The notes under the pieces: generated by a model | Database searches by the model: none | What the model was told of the DNA's origin: nothing | Seen by the model: only the letters and a program-made list of their open reading frames with translations | Program-made: the position numbers and the translations under genes | In this document: piece after piece, positions 18,128-26,039 of the stretch | Layout: each line of letters starts with the position of its first letter | Position numbering within the stretch: position 1 is the stretch's first letter | From: Candidatus Pelagibacter ubique HTCC1062 | GTDB taxonomy: Bacteria; Pseudomonadota; Alphaproteobacteria; Pelagibacterales; Pelagibacteraceae | Assembly (NCBI RefSeq): GCF_000012345.1 | Contig: NC_007205.1 | Coordinates: 270,001-302,000 of the forward strand | Reading direction: 5' to 3' | Length of the DNA: 32,000 bases

Positions 18128-18547
18128 TTATTTATCTCCTAAGGCTTCTTTAACTTCTGGGGGCATATAATTTTCATCATGTTTTGCTAAAATTTTAGTA
18201 GCTGTAAAATAATTCTTATCTTTTAAAAAACCTTCAGCAACCACTCCTTTTCCTTCAGCAAATAAATTAGGGACTGCCCCTGTATAGACAATATTAATTT
18301 CATTTTTAAAGTCAGTAATGACAAAATTAACTTTATCAGAATCTATAAAAATCGATTGTTCTTTAACCATCCCACCCACTCTTATTTTTTTTTTATTTAA
18401 TTCTATTAAAGATTTTATTTCAGACGGAGACTGAAAATATACAACGTTTTCTTTTAATGATTGTAAAACTAAAAAAACTGTTAAAATTACTGAGGCTAAG
18501 ATTAAAGCTAAGAATATAAATCGTAATTTAACCTTTTTACCATACAT
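18128..18547 (-). CDS. ccmE: Heme chaperone CcmE
   Basis: 139 aa with an N-terminal TM anchor, IRVGGMV, and the heme-binding His context [13 protein letters not shown]. Confidence 0.9.
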
Positions 18548-18557
18548 GGTTTATTAG

Positions 18558-18785
18558 TTAAATATTTGATGTATTGGATAATATTTCTCTATTAATATTT
18601 TGTGATCTTGCAGCTCTAGCTTTCTCAACATTTAGAGAACCAAATTTAGAAGCAAATCTTTTTTGCTCTTTTGAAAGTTGTAATTTAGTTACAAAGTACA
18701 GGGCTGTAAAACTAATCAATGTAAATGAAAAAGCTGACCAAACGTAAGCTCCATATCCATTCATTGAAATTATTTCATTTATCAT
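18558..18785 (-). CDS. ccmD: Heme exporter protein CcmD (probable)
   Basis: 75 aa with a single TM helix. NGYGAYVWSAFSFTLISFTALY is typical of CcmD. The gene sits between ccmC and ccmE and has a 4-nt overlap with ccmC. Confidence 0.6.
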   Translation of the reverse strand: MINEIISMNGYGAYVWSAFSFTLISFTALYFVTKLQLSKEQKRFASKFGSLNVEKARAARSQNINREILSNTSNI

Positions 18786-19492
18786 AATCTATCTAATCCT
18801 TTATTTTTAACTTTTATCAGTTCGGTATTATATTTCATCAAAAAAATGAGTAATGAAAAAAGAGCAAATGCCGCAGTCATAATACCCAATGGGACTAACA
18901 TTGATGGGTGAATTGCTGTGTTGGTTGATAAAATATTAATTGAAGCTGGTTGATGTAACGTGTTCCACCAGTCTACAGAAAATTTAATGATGGGAACATT
19001 TACCACTCCTAAAATTGCAATTAAAGACGTAACCTTTATTACTTGTTCTTTGTCCTCATAAATTCTCCAAGCCAATAAATACATTCCATAAAACAAAGCT
19101 AAAATTAACATAGAAGTTATTCTTGCATCCCAAGCCCACCAAGTACCCCAAGTTGGTTTTCCCCAAATTGATCCTGTTCCTAATGCTATAATATTAAAAA
19201 TGAATCCAGAAGGTGCTAAACTTTTAGCAATTAATGCAAAATTTTTATTTTTAAAAACAAAACTTCCAACAGACAAAAAAGCTAAACTTGTAAATATTCC
19301 AAGTGATATCCATGCAGCTGGCACATGAACATACATAATTCTTACTGCATCACTTTGTTTATAATCTTCAGGTGAAAGTATAAGCGCTTCTGTTAAACCA
19401 ATTGTTAGGACAATAATAAATAAAAATAGAACATACTTTGGTGCTTTAGAGGTTATTGCAAAAATTTTATTAGGTTCAAAATATTTAAACAT
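18782..19492 (-). CDS. ccmC: Heme exporter protein CcmC
   Basis: 236-aa multi-TM protein with WWD motif WGKPTWGTWWAWDARITS. Confidence 0.9.
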   Translation of the reverse strand: MFKYFEPNKIFAITSKAPKYVLFLFIIVLTIGLTEALILSPEDYKQSDAVRIMYVHVPAAWISLGIFTSLAFLSVGSFVFKNKNFALIAKSLAPSGFIFNIIALGTGSIWGKPTWGTWWAWDARITSMLILALFYGMYLLAWRIYEDKEQVIKVTSLIAILGVVNVPIIKFSVDWWNTLHQPASINILSTNTAIHPSMLVPLGIMTAAFALFSLLIFLMKYNTELIKVKNKGLDRL

Positions 19493-19549
19493 TTTTAAAT
19501 TATATATATTAAAAAAAAGATAATTTAATTTTTTTTATGGAAGATCATC

Positions 19550-19610
19550 CTGATCAAGAATGCAGAGGGAGTCAATAATGATAAAAACGTTATTTAACAC
19601 TCTTGATCAG
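19550..19610. other. Candidate structured element: long hairpin in the largest non-coding gap
   Basis: Perfect 10-bp inverted repeat CTGATCAAGA (19550-19559) / TCTTGATCAG (19601-19610). Inside it is an inner helix, 19571-19578 pairing with 19590-19598. Strand and function are unknown. Confidence 0.3.
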
Positions 19611-19674
19611 AACATGAATATAGATAGCAACTATATATGTCGAAGATTTGAATTAATTGTGTTTGAAAAAAGAA

Positions 19675-19995
19675 TTAATTAGAGGGCTTAAAGTAGCTAG
19701 AGCCTCTTTTACCAGAAAAAATCTCTTCAATTAAAGGATGTTTAATTGGATCTTCTGAATCGTCCATTAATAGATTTTGTTCTGAAACATATGCTTCATA
19801 TGTAATTTCATCATTTTCGGCTAACAAATGATAAAAAGGCTGATCTTTTCTAGGACGAACATTCTTTGGAATAGATTGATACCATTCTTCAGAATTATTA
19901 AATTCGAAATCAACATCATAAATTACACCTCTGAATTCAAAGTGTTTATGTTTTACAATGTCTCCTATTGAAAATTTTGCTTTTTGAATTGCCAT
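19675..19995 (-). CDS. hspQ: Heat-shock protein HspQ (YccV-type hemimethylated-DNA-binding domain)
   Basis: 106 aa. KFSIGDIVKHKHFEFRGVIYDVD...PFYHLLAEND...YVSEQNL matches the YccV/HspQ pattern. Confidence 0.8.
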   Translation of the reverse strand: MAIQKAKFSIGDIVKHKHFEFRGVIYDVDFEFNNSEEWYQSIPKNVRPRKDQPFYHLLAENDEITYEAYVSEQNLLMDDSEDPIKHPLIEEIFSGKRGSSYFKPSN

Positions 19996-20003
19996 TACTA
20001 TTA

Positions 20004-20030
20004 ATATGGGGGTTTAAGAACAAAAATCAA
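20004..20030 (-). promoter_or_regulatory. Candidate sigma-32 (RpoH)-type promoter for hspQ
   Basis: The minus strand reads TTGATT (20030-20025), a 13-nt spacer, then CCCCATAT (20011-20004). The E. coli sigma-32 consensus is TTGAA-N13-17-CCCCATNT. The C5 run stands out in an otherwise AT-only spacer. Only 8 nt separate the -10 box from the ATG. Confidence 0.35.
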
Positions 20031-20073
20031 TAAAAAACATTTATATTTTTTTTATTATGTTAATATCTGTCAA

Positions 20074-20625
20074 GTGAATAAATCTTTTCTTAAATTTGCA
20101 ACTGACTTTGGGCCTTTAGCCATTTTTTTTTATTATTATTATAATAATGATAAGAATCTAGCAGTTGCGATTCCTCCACTCATAGTTGCAACATTAACTG
20201 CGCTAGCTGTTGTTTGGTTTTTTGAAAAAAAAATACCTATGATGCCATTAATAAGTGGTATCTTAATTACATTTTTTGGGGGTCTAACAATTTATTTTGA
20301 TGATCCAGTTTTTATTTATGTAAAGCCAACGATCATTAATATTTTATTTGCCCTTGCTTTATATTTTGGAAAATATTTTACAAAAGAACCTGTCCTTAAA
20401 AAGATTATGGGTAAGTCAATTGCTCTAACTGATATGGGTTGGGAATTATTAAACAAAAGATGGATGTACTTTTTCTTCTTCCTTGCAATCCTTAATGAAT
20501 GTGTCTGGAGAACGCAAACAGAAGAGTTTTGGGTTAATTTTAAGGTATGGGGCATGTTACCAATAACCCTTGTCTTTACAGCATTTCAAATATCATTGAT
20601 TAATAAATACAAGCTTGATGAATAG
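20074..20625 (+). CDS. yciB: Intracellular septation protein A (YciB/IspZ family)
   Basis: 183-aa, 5-TM protein that aligns by eye with E. coli YciB (FGGLTIYF..., FWVNFKVWG...). It uses a GTG start at 20074, and there is no in-frame ATG nearby. Confidence 0.8.
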   Translation: MNKSFLKFATDFGPLAIFFYYYYNNDKNLAVAIPPLIVATLTALAVVWFFEKKIPMMPLISGILITFFGGLTIYFDDPVFIYVKPTIINILFALALYFGKYFTKEPVLKKIMGKSIALTDMGWELLNKRWMYFFFFLAILNECVWRTQTEEFWVNFKVWGMLPITLVFTAFQISLINKYKLDE

Positions 20626-20962
20626 AAACTTAAAGCTAGTTGTAAATAATCCTCACAAACAAATAGAAGAAAGACAATTTTTTGAAAAAAATGAACTTAA
20701 AATCATTTTAGATCTATATGCAAAAATGGTCTCTGAAGGATCATGGAAAGACTATGGTCTAAACATTTCTAACAGGCAGGTTAGTTTTAGTGTCTTTAAA
20801 AATGCAGCAGAGAATGCTTTGTATAAAATTTGTAAAAACTTTAAACCTAGCAATAAAAATTTAAAGTATTTAATTACAGATTCTAATGGGAAAGTTTTAA
20901 AAAATTCCTTTGATCTAGAAATTTTACTTAAAAATACTAATTGGAAGAACCTTAAGAAATAA
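20615..20962 (+). CDS. DUF2794-like small alphaproteobacterial protein
   Basis: 115 aa. FEKNELKIILDLYAKMVSEGSWKDYGL resembles the DUF2794 core (F.r.EL..IL..Y...V..GeWrDYa) as I remember it. It has an 11-nt overlap with yciB. Confidence 0.5.
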   Translation: MMNRNLKLVVNNPHKQIEERQFFEKNELKIILDLYAKMVSEGSWKDYGLNISNRQVSFSVFKNAAENALYKICKNFKPSNKNLKYLITDSNGKVLKNSFDLEILLKNTNWKNLKK

Positions 20963-20967
20963 AAAGA

Positions 20968-21729
20968 CTATCGTCTTTGACCAAATAATCTTAACAACAT
21001 TATAAACAAATTTATAAAGTCTAGGTAAAGAGTTAAAGCACCCATTACAGCTTTTTTACCCATCAACTCACCCGTATCGCTTGATACATACATGTTTTTA
21101 ATTTTTTGAGTGTCATAAGCAGTAAGACCTACAAAAATTAAAACACCTAGAATTGAGATTACAAAATCCATCATTGAAGATTTTAAGAACATGTTAACAA
21201 CTGATGCAACAATAATTCCAATTAAGCCCATCATTAAAAATGATCCTAATTTTGTAAGATCTCTTTTAGTTGTGTAACCATACAAACTCATTGCACCAAA
21301 AGTAATAGAGGTAATAAAGAATACTCTAGTGATACTCGCTCCAGTATAAACTAAGAATATTGAGGATAGTGATAACCCCATTAAAGACGCAAAAACCCAA
21401 AAAGTTGTTTGAGCAGTTGAAGCTGTCATTTTATTAATTCTAGCACTCATGTAAAAAACTACTCCAAGTGGAGCAAGCATTACAATCCATTTAAAACCTG
21501 AAAGAAATATTGTATTTCCTAAGCTTGTTAATGCTGTAATTGATCCATTAGCATCTGTTACTACAGATAGTTTGAAAAATATTAAAGATATAAGTCCTGT
21601 TAACAAAATACCAGAAGCCATGTAGTTGTAGACTTTTAGCATGTAGGCTCTTAAGCCCTCATCCATTACTACTGTTGATTGCTGAGCTTCTTTTACTTTA
21701 TTTAATATGTTTTGCTTATTGAATTCCAT
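20968..21729 (-). CDS. Bax inhibitor-1/YccA family membrane protein
   Basis: 253 aa with 7 TM helices. The N-terminal region has LRAYMLKVYNYMA, and the C-terminal region has GALTLYLDFINLFIMLLRLFG, which is typical of BI-1/YbhL proteins. Confidence 0.8.
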   Translation of the reverse strand: MEFNKQNILNKVKEAQQSTVVMDEGLRAYMLKVYNYMASGILLTGLISLIFFKLSVVTDANGSITALTSLGNTIFLSGFKWIVMLAPLGVVFYMSARINKMTASTAQTTFWVFASLMGLSLSSIFLVYTGASITRVFFITSITFGAMSLYGYTTKRDLTKLGSFLMMGLIGIIVASVVNMFLKSSMMDFVISILGVLIFVGLTAYDTQKIKNMYVSSDTGELMGKKAVMGALTLYLDFINLFIMLLRLFGQRR

Positions 21730-21789
21730 GACACATATATAATAGCCTTTTACTATTATTTCAAGATGTCTTAATAAGATTAAATAATT

Positions 21790-22827
21790 ATGAATTATAA
21801 AAAATTAGGAAATACAGATTTAAAAGTAAGCACTATTTGTCTCGGTACTATGACTTGGGGTGAACAAAATACCCAAAATGAAGGTTTTGAGCAGATGGAT
21901 TATGCTTTAGATCAGGGTGTAAACTTTTGGGACACTGCGGAAATTTATTCTGTTCCACCAAGACAAGAAACGTTTGGTCATACTGAGACTATTATTGGTA
22001 ATTGGTTTGAAAAAACAAAAAAGAGAGACAAAGTAATTTTAGCTTCAAAAGTTTGTGGCCCAATGAGAGAGTATGTAAGAGGTGGTGGAAATCAATTTGG
22101 AGAAAAGAATATTACAGAAGCACTTGAAGGAAGTTTAAAAAGATTAAAAACGGATTGTATTGATTTGTACCAATTACATTGGCCAGAAAGAAAAACAAAT
22201 TTTTTTGGCAAACTAGGTTATGAACATGATGATAGCAATGAGTGGACTAGGTTTGAAGATATTCTAGGAAATTTAAAAAAATTTATTGATCAAGGAAAAA
22301 TTAAATACGTTGGTGTATCGAATGAAACACCGTGGGGATTATCTAAATATTTAGAGCTTTCAAAAGATAAAAATTTACCAAGAATGCTTTCAGTTCAAAA
22401 TCCTTATAATTTATTAAATAGAACTTATGAAATTGGACTTGCAGAAATGTCTATTAGGGAGCAAGCCGGATTGCTAGCTTACTCTCCTCTCGCGTGTGGT
22501 TATTTATCTGGAAAATACAGAAATAAACAATTGCCAAAAAATTCTAGAATGGAAAGAGATGGTGATTTTTGGTCTAGATATAATAATCAAAATGCTGAAA
22601 AAGCTATTGAATTATATTATGAAATATCAAAGAAACACAATCTGGATTTAGCTCAAATGTCTTTAAAATTTTTAGAAATTCAGCCGTTTGTAACATCGGT
22701 TATCATTGGTGCAACGACAATGGAACAGTTGAAAACTAATATAGAAAGTATAGGTATAGATTTAAGTGAAGACGTAATTAAAGAAATAAATGAAGTACAA
22801 AAAATTTACCCTAACCCATGTCCATAA
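21790..22827 (+). CDS. NADP-dependent aldo/keto reductase (Tas/YajO-like)
   Basis: 345 aa with LGTMTWG, FWDTAEIYS, DLYQLHWP and YVGVSNETPWG, the AKR family motifs. Confidence 0.85.
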   Translation: MNYKKLGNTDLKVSTICLGTMTWGEQNTQNEGFEQMDYALDQGVNFWDTAEIYSVPPRQETFGHTETIIGNWFEKTKKRDKVILASKVCGPMREYVRGGGNQFGEKNITEALEGSLKRLKTDCIDLYQLHWPERKTNFFGKLGYEHDDSNEWTRFEDILGNLKKFIDQGKIKYVGVSNETPWGLSKYLELSKDKNLPRMLSVQNPYNLLNRTYEIGLAEMSIREQAGLLAYSPLACGYLSGKYRNKQLPKNSRMERDGDFWSRYNNQNAEKAIELYYEISKKHNLDLAQMSLKFLEIQPFVTSVIIGATTMEQLKTNIESIGIDLSEDVIKEINEVQKIYPNPCP

Positions 22828-23324
22828 TTAAAAATTTTATAATTCTAATTCTTGTAAGCTTATTTGCTGTTAGCGTAAATTCACAAGAAGTAAAAAAAGT
22901 TGGTAAATTTAAAGACTGGGAAACAATTATTATAACTGAACAAACCGGTAAAGTTTGTTTTGCTCAATCAGTTCCTGTGTTGCAGGCCCCAAAATCTAAC
23001 CCTAGAGAAGCAAGAATGTTTGTTTCATTTAGACCTGCCGAAAAAATAAATGATGAAATAAGCGTTACTGGTGGCTATGAATTTAATAATCAAAACTCAA
23101 TTATAGCTACTTCAGGTAAATCTAAATACAAATTTGATATTGCTCAAGAAGGTTTTGCTTGGATTGCTGATAACAAACTTGAAAACAAAATGATTAAGAC
23201 CATGAAGAAAGGATCAAGAATTATGATCACTGGTCATAATCAAAAAGGCTCTCAAACTATAGACCATTATTCATTGTTAGGATTTACGAAAGCCTATAAT
23301 GCTGCAAAAACTAGCTGCAGTTAA
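22818..23324 (+). CDS. Invasion-associated locus B (IalB) family periplasmic protein
   Basis: 168 aa with a signal peptide, FKDWETI...VCFAQS near the N-terminus and C-terminal YSLLGFTKAYNAAKTSC, resembling the IalB pattern. Confidence 0.55.
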   Translation: MSIIKNFIILILVSLFAVSVNSQEVKKVGKFKDWETIIITEQTGKVCFAQSVPVLQAPKSNPREARMFVSFRPAEKINDEISVTGGYEFNNQNSIIATSGKSKYKFDIAQEGFAWIADNKLENKMIKTMKKGSRIMITGHNQKGSQTIDHYSLLGFTKAYNAAKTSCS

Positions 23325-23328
23325 TTAA

Positions 23329-24516
23329 ATGAAATCTAAAAAGAAAATTGTACTCGCATATTCTGGCGGACTAGACACTTCTATTATTTTAAAATGGCTT
23401 CAAGAAAATTATGATGCAGAAGTTATTTGTTATACTGCAGATGTTGGGCAAGAAATTGATAGAAAAAAAATTATAAAAAATGCCAAAAGACTAGGTGTTA
23501 AAAATATCATTATTGAAGATTTAAAAGATACATTTGTAAAAGACTATGTCTTTCCAATGATTAGAGGGCATGCAATTTATGAAGGTGTTTATTTATTGGG
23601 TACTTCAATTGCAAGACCTTTAATTGCAAAACGTCAAATTGCTGCCGCTAAAAAATTTGGAGCTTATGCAGTTTCTCATGGTTCAACTGGCAAAGGAAAT
23701 GATCAAGTGAGATTTGAATTAGGATATCATTACTTTGGTCCAAAAGTAAAAATTATTGCACCATGGAGAATATGGAAATTAAACTCTAGAACAGATTTAA
23801 TTAAATATGCAAAAAAAAACAATATTCCAATTCCAACAGATAAAAAAGGTGCTCCTCCTTTCTCTATTGATGATAATTTATACCACACATCAACTGAGGG
23901 TAAGGTTTTAGAAAACCCAAAAAATTCAGCTCCTGAGTTTCTTTTTCAAAGAACAGTATCTCCTGAAAAAGCACCTAACAAAGCTTCATTTGTAACTATA
24001 GGATTTAAAAATGGAGACCCCATAACTGTTAATGGTAAAAAACTATCGCCTGGAAATTTGTTAGAAAAACTTAATAATGTTGCCGGCAAAAATGGAATAG
24101 GTAGAGTTGATTTAGTTGAAAACAGATTTATTGGGATTAAATCTAGAGGTGTTTATGAAACGCCTGGTGGAACACTTTTAATGTCAGCGCACAGAGCAAT
24201 TGAGTCTATTACTTTGGACAAAGAAACTATGCATAAAAAAGATGAAATTATGCCTAAATATGCTGAACTTATTTACAATGGTTACTGGTACTCAAAAGCA
24301 AGATTTAAACTTCAAAAAATTGTCGATCTTAAAAAGAATAAAGTTAATGGCTCTGTTAAGCTTAAATTATACAAAGGCAATATCACTATAATGTCTAGAC
24401 AGACAAAAAGTAATGCTTACTCAATGAAAAAAGTTTCTTTTGAAGAAAATAAAACCTTTAATAAATCAAATGTAGAAAGATTTATTAACTTTCATAAACA
24501 AAAGCTTCGTTCATAA
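23329..24516 (+). CDS. argG: Argininosuccinate synthase
   Basis: 395 aa with ATP-pyrophosphatase motif AYSGGLDTS, HGSTGKGNDQVRFE and GRVDLVENRFIGIKSRGVYETPGG. Confidence 0.95.
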   Translation: MKSKKKIVLAYSGGLDTSIILKWLQENYDAEVICYTADVGQEIDRKKIIKNAKRLGVKNIIIEDLKDTFVKDYVFPMIRGHAIYEGVYLLGTSIARPLIAKRQIAAAKKFGAYAVSHGSTGKGNDQVRFELGYHYFGPKVKIIAPWRIWKLNSRTDLIKYAKKNNIPIPTDKKGAPPFSIDDNLYHTSTEGKVLENPKNSAPEFLFQRTVSPEKAPNKASFVTIGFKNGDPITVNGKKLSPGNLLEKLNNVAGKNGIGRVDLVENRFIGIKSRGVYETPGGTLLMSAHRAIESITLDKETMHKKDEIMPKYAELIYNGYWYSKARFKLQKIVDLKKNKVNGSVKLKLYKGNITIMSRQTKSNAYSMKKVSFEENKTFNKSNVERFINFHKQKLRS

Positions 24517-24520
24517 ATTA

Positions 24521-25138
24521 ATGAAAATAAAAGTATTTGCTGACACAATTTGTGGGTGGTGTTTTATTGGTCAGACAAGATTAAATAAAGCATTAAAAAA
24601 TTTTCCTGAGACTAAGTTTGAGATAGAGCATGTTCCATTTCAACTAAATACTGACATGCCTAAAGAAGGAATTGAAAGAAACAAGTACTTAGAAATAAAG
24701 TTTGGTGGGAAAGAGTTTGCTCAACCAATGTATGATCGAATGACAGAAGAGGCGAATAAAGAAAATCTTAATTTTAATCTAGATAAGATAAAGAAAACAC
24801 CCAATACAGTATTTTCTCACTTATTAATAAAATTAGCCGAACAATCTAATGTACACAACGAAATTAAAGAAAAAATATATCAATCATACTTTATTGAAGG
24901 TCTTGATATTGGAGATAAAGAAATCTTAATTAATATTGGTAAAGAATTTAATATTAATGGAGATACAATCAATGATTTTTTTAATTTAAAAAATATTGAA
25001 GAAATTAATTCATATATTTTAGTCGCAAGAGAGAAAGAAATTAATGGAGTACCCTTCTTTGAAATAGGAACAGATTTTATTTCAGGCGCCCAAAGCTCTG
25101 CAAATTTAGAAAGTGTAATAAAGTCCAATTTAAGCTAA
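24521..25138 (+). CDS. DsbA-family oxidoreductase (FrnE / 2-hydroxychromene-2-carboxylate isomerase-like)
   Basis: 205 aa with N-terminal FADTICGWCFIGQ (CxxC thioredoxin-like motif) and C-terminal INGVPFF. Confidence 0.7.
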   Translation: MKIKVFADTICGWCFIGQTRLNKALKNFPETKFEIEHVPFQLNTDMPKEGIERNKYLEIKFGGKEFAQPMYDRMTEEANKENLNFNLDKIKKTPNTVFSHLLIKLAEQSNVHNEIKEKIYQSYFIEGLDIGDKEILINIGKEFNINGDTINDFFNLKNIEEINSYILVAREKEINGVPFFEIGTDFISGAQSSANLESVIKSNLS

Positions 25139-25194
25139 AAATTAAAGGACACTTTATCCTTTGCCTTTAACATATAAATATCTATTCTAGCTAT

Positions 25195-25653
25195 ATGGAA
25201 GCTCTAAAAAATTGGATGAAAGATGCTGCTAACATTTTATTTGATGATAGCAAAAATGATCTGAGGTCTTTACCAAGATCTGTTAGATTACAAATTTTAT
25301 TAGTTCTGAGTTTCGTTTGGACAACTGTTTTTAGTTTATACATATTTTCTTATACAACTTTTGCATTTGGTTGGGCCGGTTTATACGTTGCTCATATTGG
25401 ATTGATATTTGCAGTTTACATGACATTCAAACATTTTCATAAAGCAGAGGCGCAATCTAGCAGTGTATTCAAAACTAAAAACTTTGATCCATTTAAGATT
25501 ATGGTTATTGTTTTTGTAATTGTATTCATCTTTGTATTTTCTAAGGGAATAGAAATTTTAACAAGTCCAAACCCTAGCTCTTATTCAATTCCATATGATG
25601 GACCAGTAAAATCTGTGTTTGAAAAGTGGCTACCATTTAGTAAGGATAAGTAA
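25195..25653 (+). CDS. Hypothetical membrane protein (about 3 TM)
   Basis: 152-aa ORF with three hydrophobic segments. I recognise no family. Its stop overlaps the next gene's start (TAATG), which argues for real translation. Confidence 0.5.
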   Translation: MEALKNWMKDAANILFDDSKNDLRSLPRSVRLQILLVLSFVWTTVFSLYIFSYTTFAFGWAGLYVAHIGLIFAVYMTFKHFHKAEAQSSSVFKTKNFDPFKIMVIVFVIVFIFVFSKGIEILTSPNPSSYSIPYDGPVKSVFEKWLPFSKDK

Positions 25654-26033
25654 TGGATAAAATAGCAAAAATTTTACAGCTTGCACTAATGTGCATTATT
25701 TTAGTGAGCACTGTAATTGCTGTTGGTATGGAAATTAATAATATGTTTCTAAATCAATCTGTAATGCTAGCAGATTTACTTTTAATGTTTCTTTATTTAG
25801 AAGTCTTAGCAATGGTTCGTGTTTTTTGGAATCAACAATCAATCAGTATAACTTTACCTCTTTTAATTGCCATCACTGCTCTCGCACGATTTATTATATT
25901 ACAAGGAAAAGAAATGGATCCATCAGCATTAGTCTATGAAGCTATAGCTATAGTTCTAATTGCATCTGCAATAGTTATTTTAAGATTAAGACACAGTGAT
26001 AAATTGGGTCTAAAGAAAAGAAAATCTAAATAG
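25653..26033 (+). CDS. PsiE-like (phosphate-starvation-inducible E family) membrane protein
   Basis: 126 aa with 4 TM helices. FLYLEVLAMVRVFW...LLIAITALARFIIL aligns by eye with E. coli PsiE YFLYFEFIALIVKYF...YIGITAIVRLIIV. Confidence 0.5.
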   Translation: MDKIAKILQLALMCIILVSTVIAVGMEINNMFLNQSVMLADLLLMFLYLEVLAMVRVFWNQQSISITLPLLIAITALARFIILQGKEMDPSALVYEAIAIVLIASAIVILRLRHSDKLGLKKRKSK

Positions 26034-26039
26034 TTTAAA

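Noticed and set aside
21739-21759. 7-bp inverted repeat ATAATAG / CTATTAT in the BI-1/aldo-keto reductase divergent spacer.
   Set aside because: It is an all-A/T stem (one G-C pair) of a length expected by chance at this base composition.
25144-25162. Hairpin AAAGGA-cacttta-TCCTTT followed by gccttt, a possible terminator after the DsbA-like gene.
   Set aside because: The stem is only 6 bp with two G-C pairs, and the U-tract is interrupted. That is too weak to call without 3'-end data.
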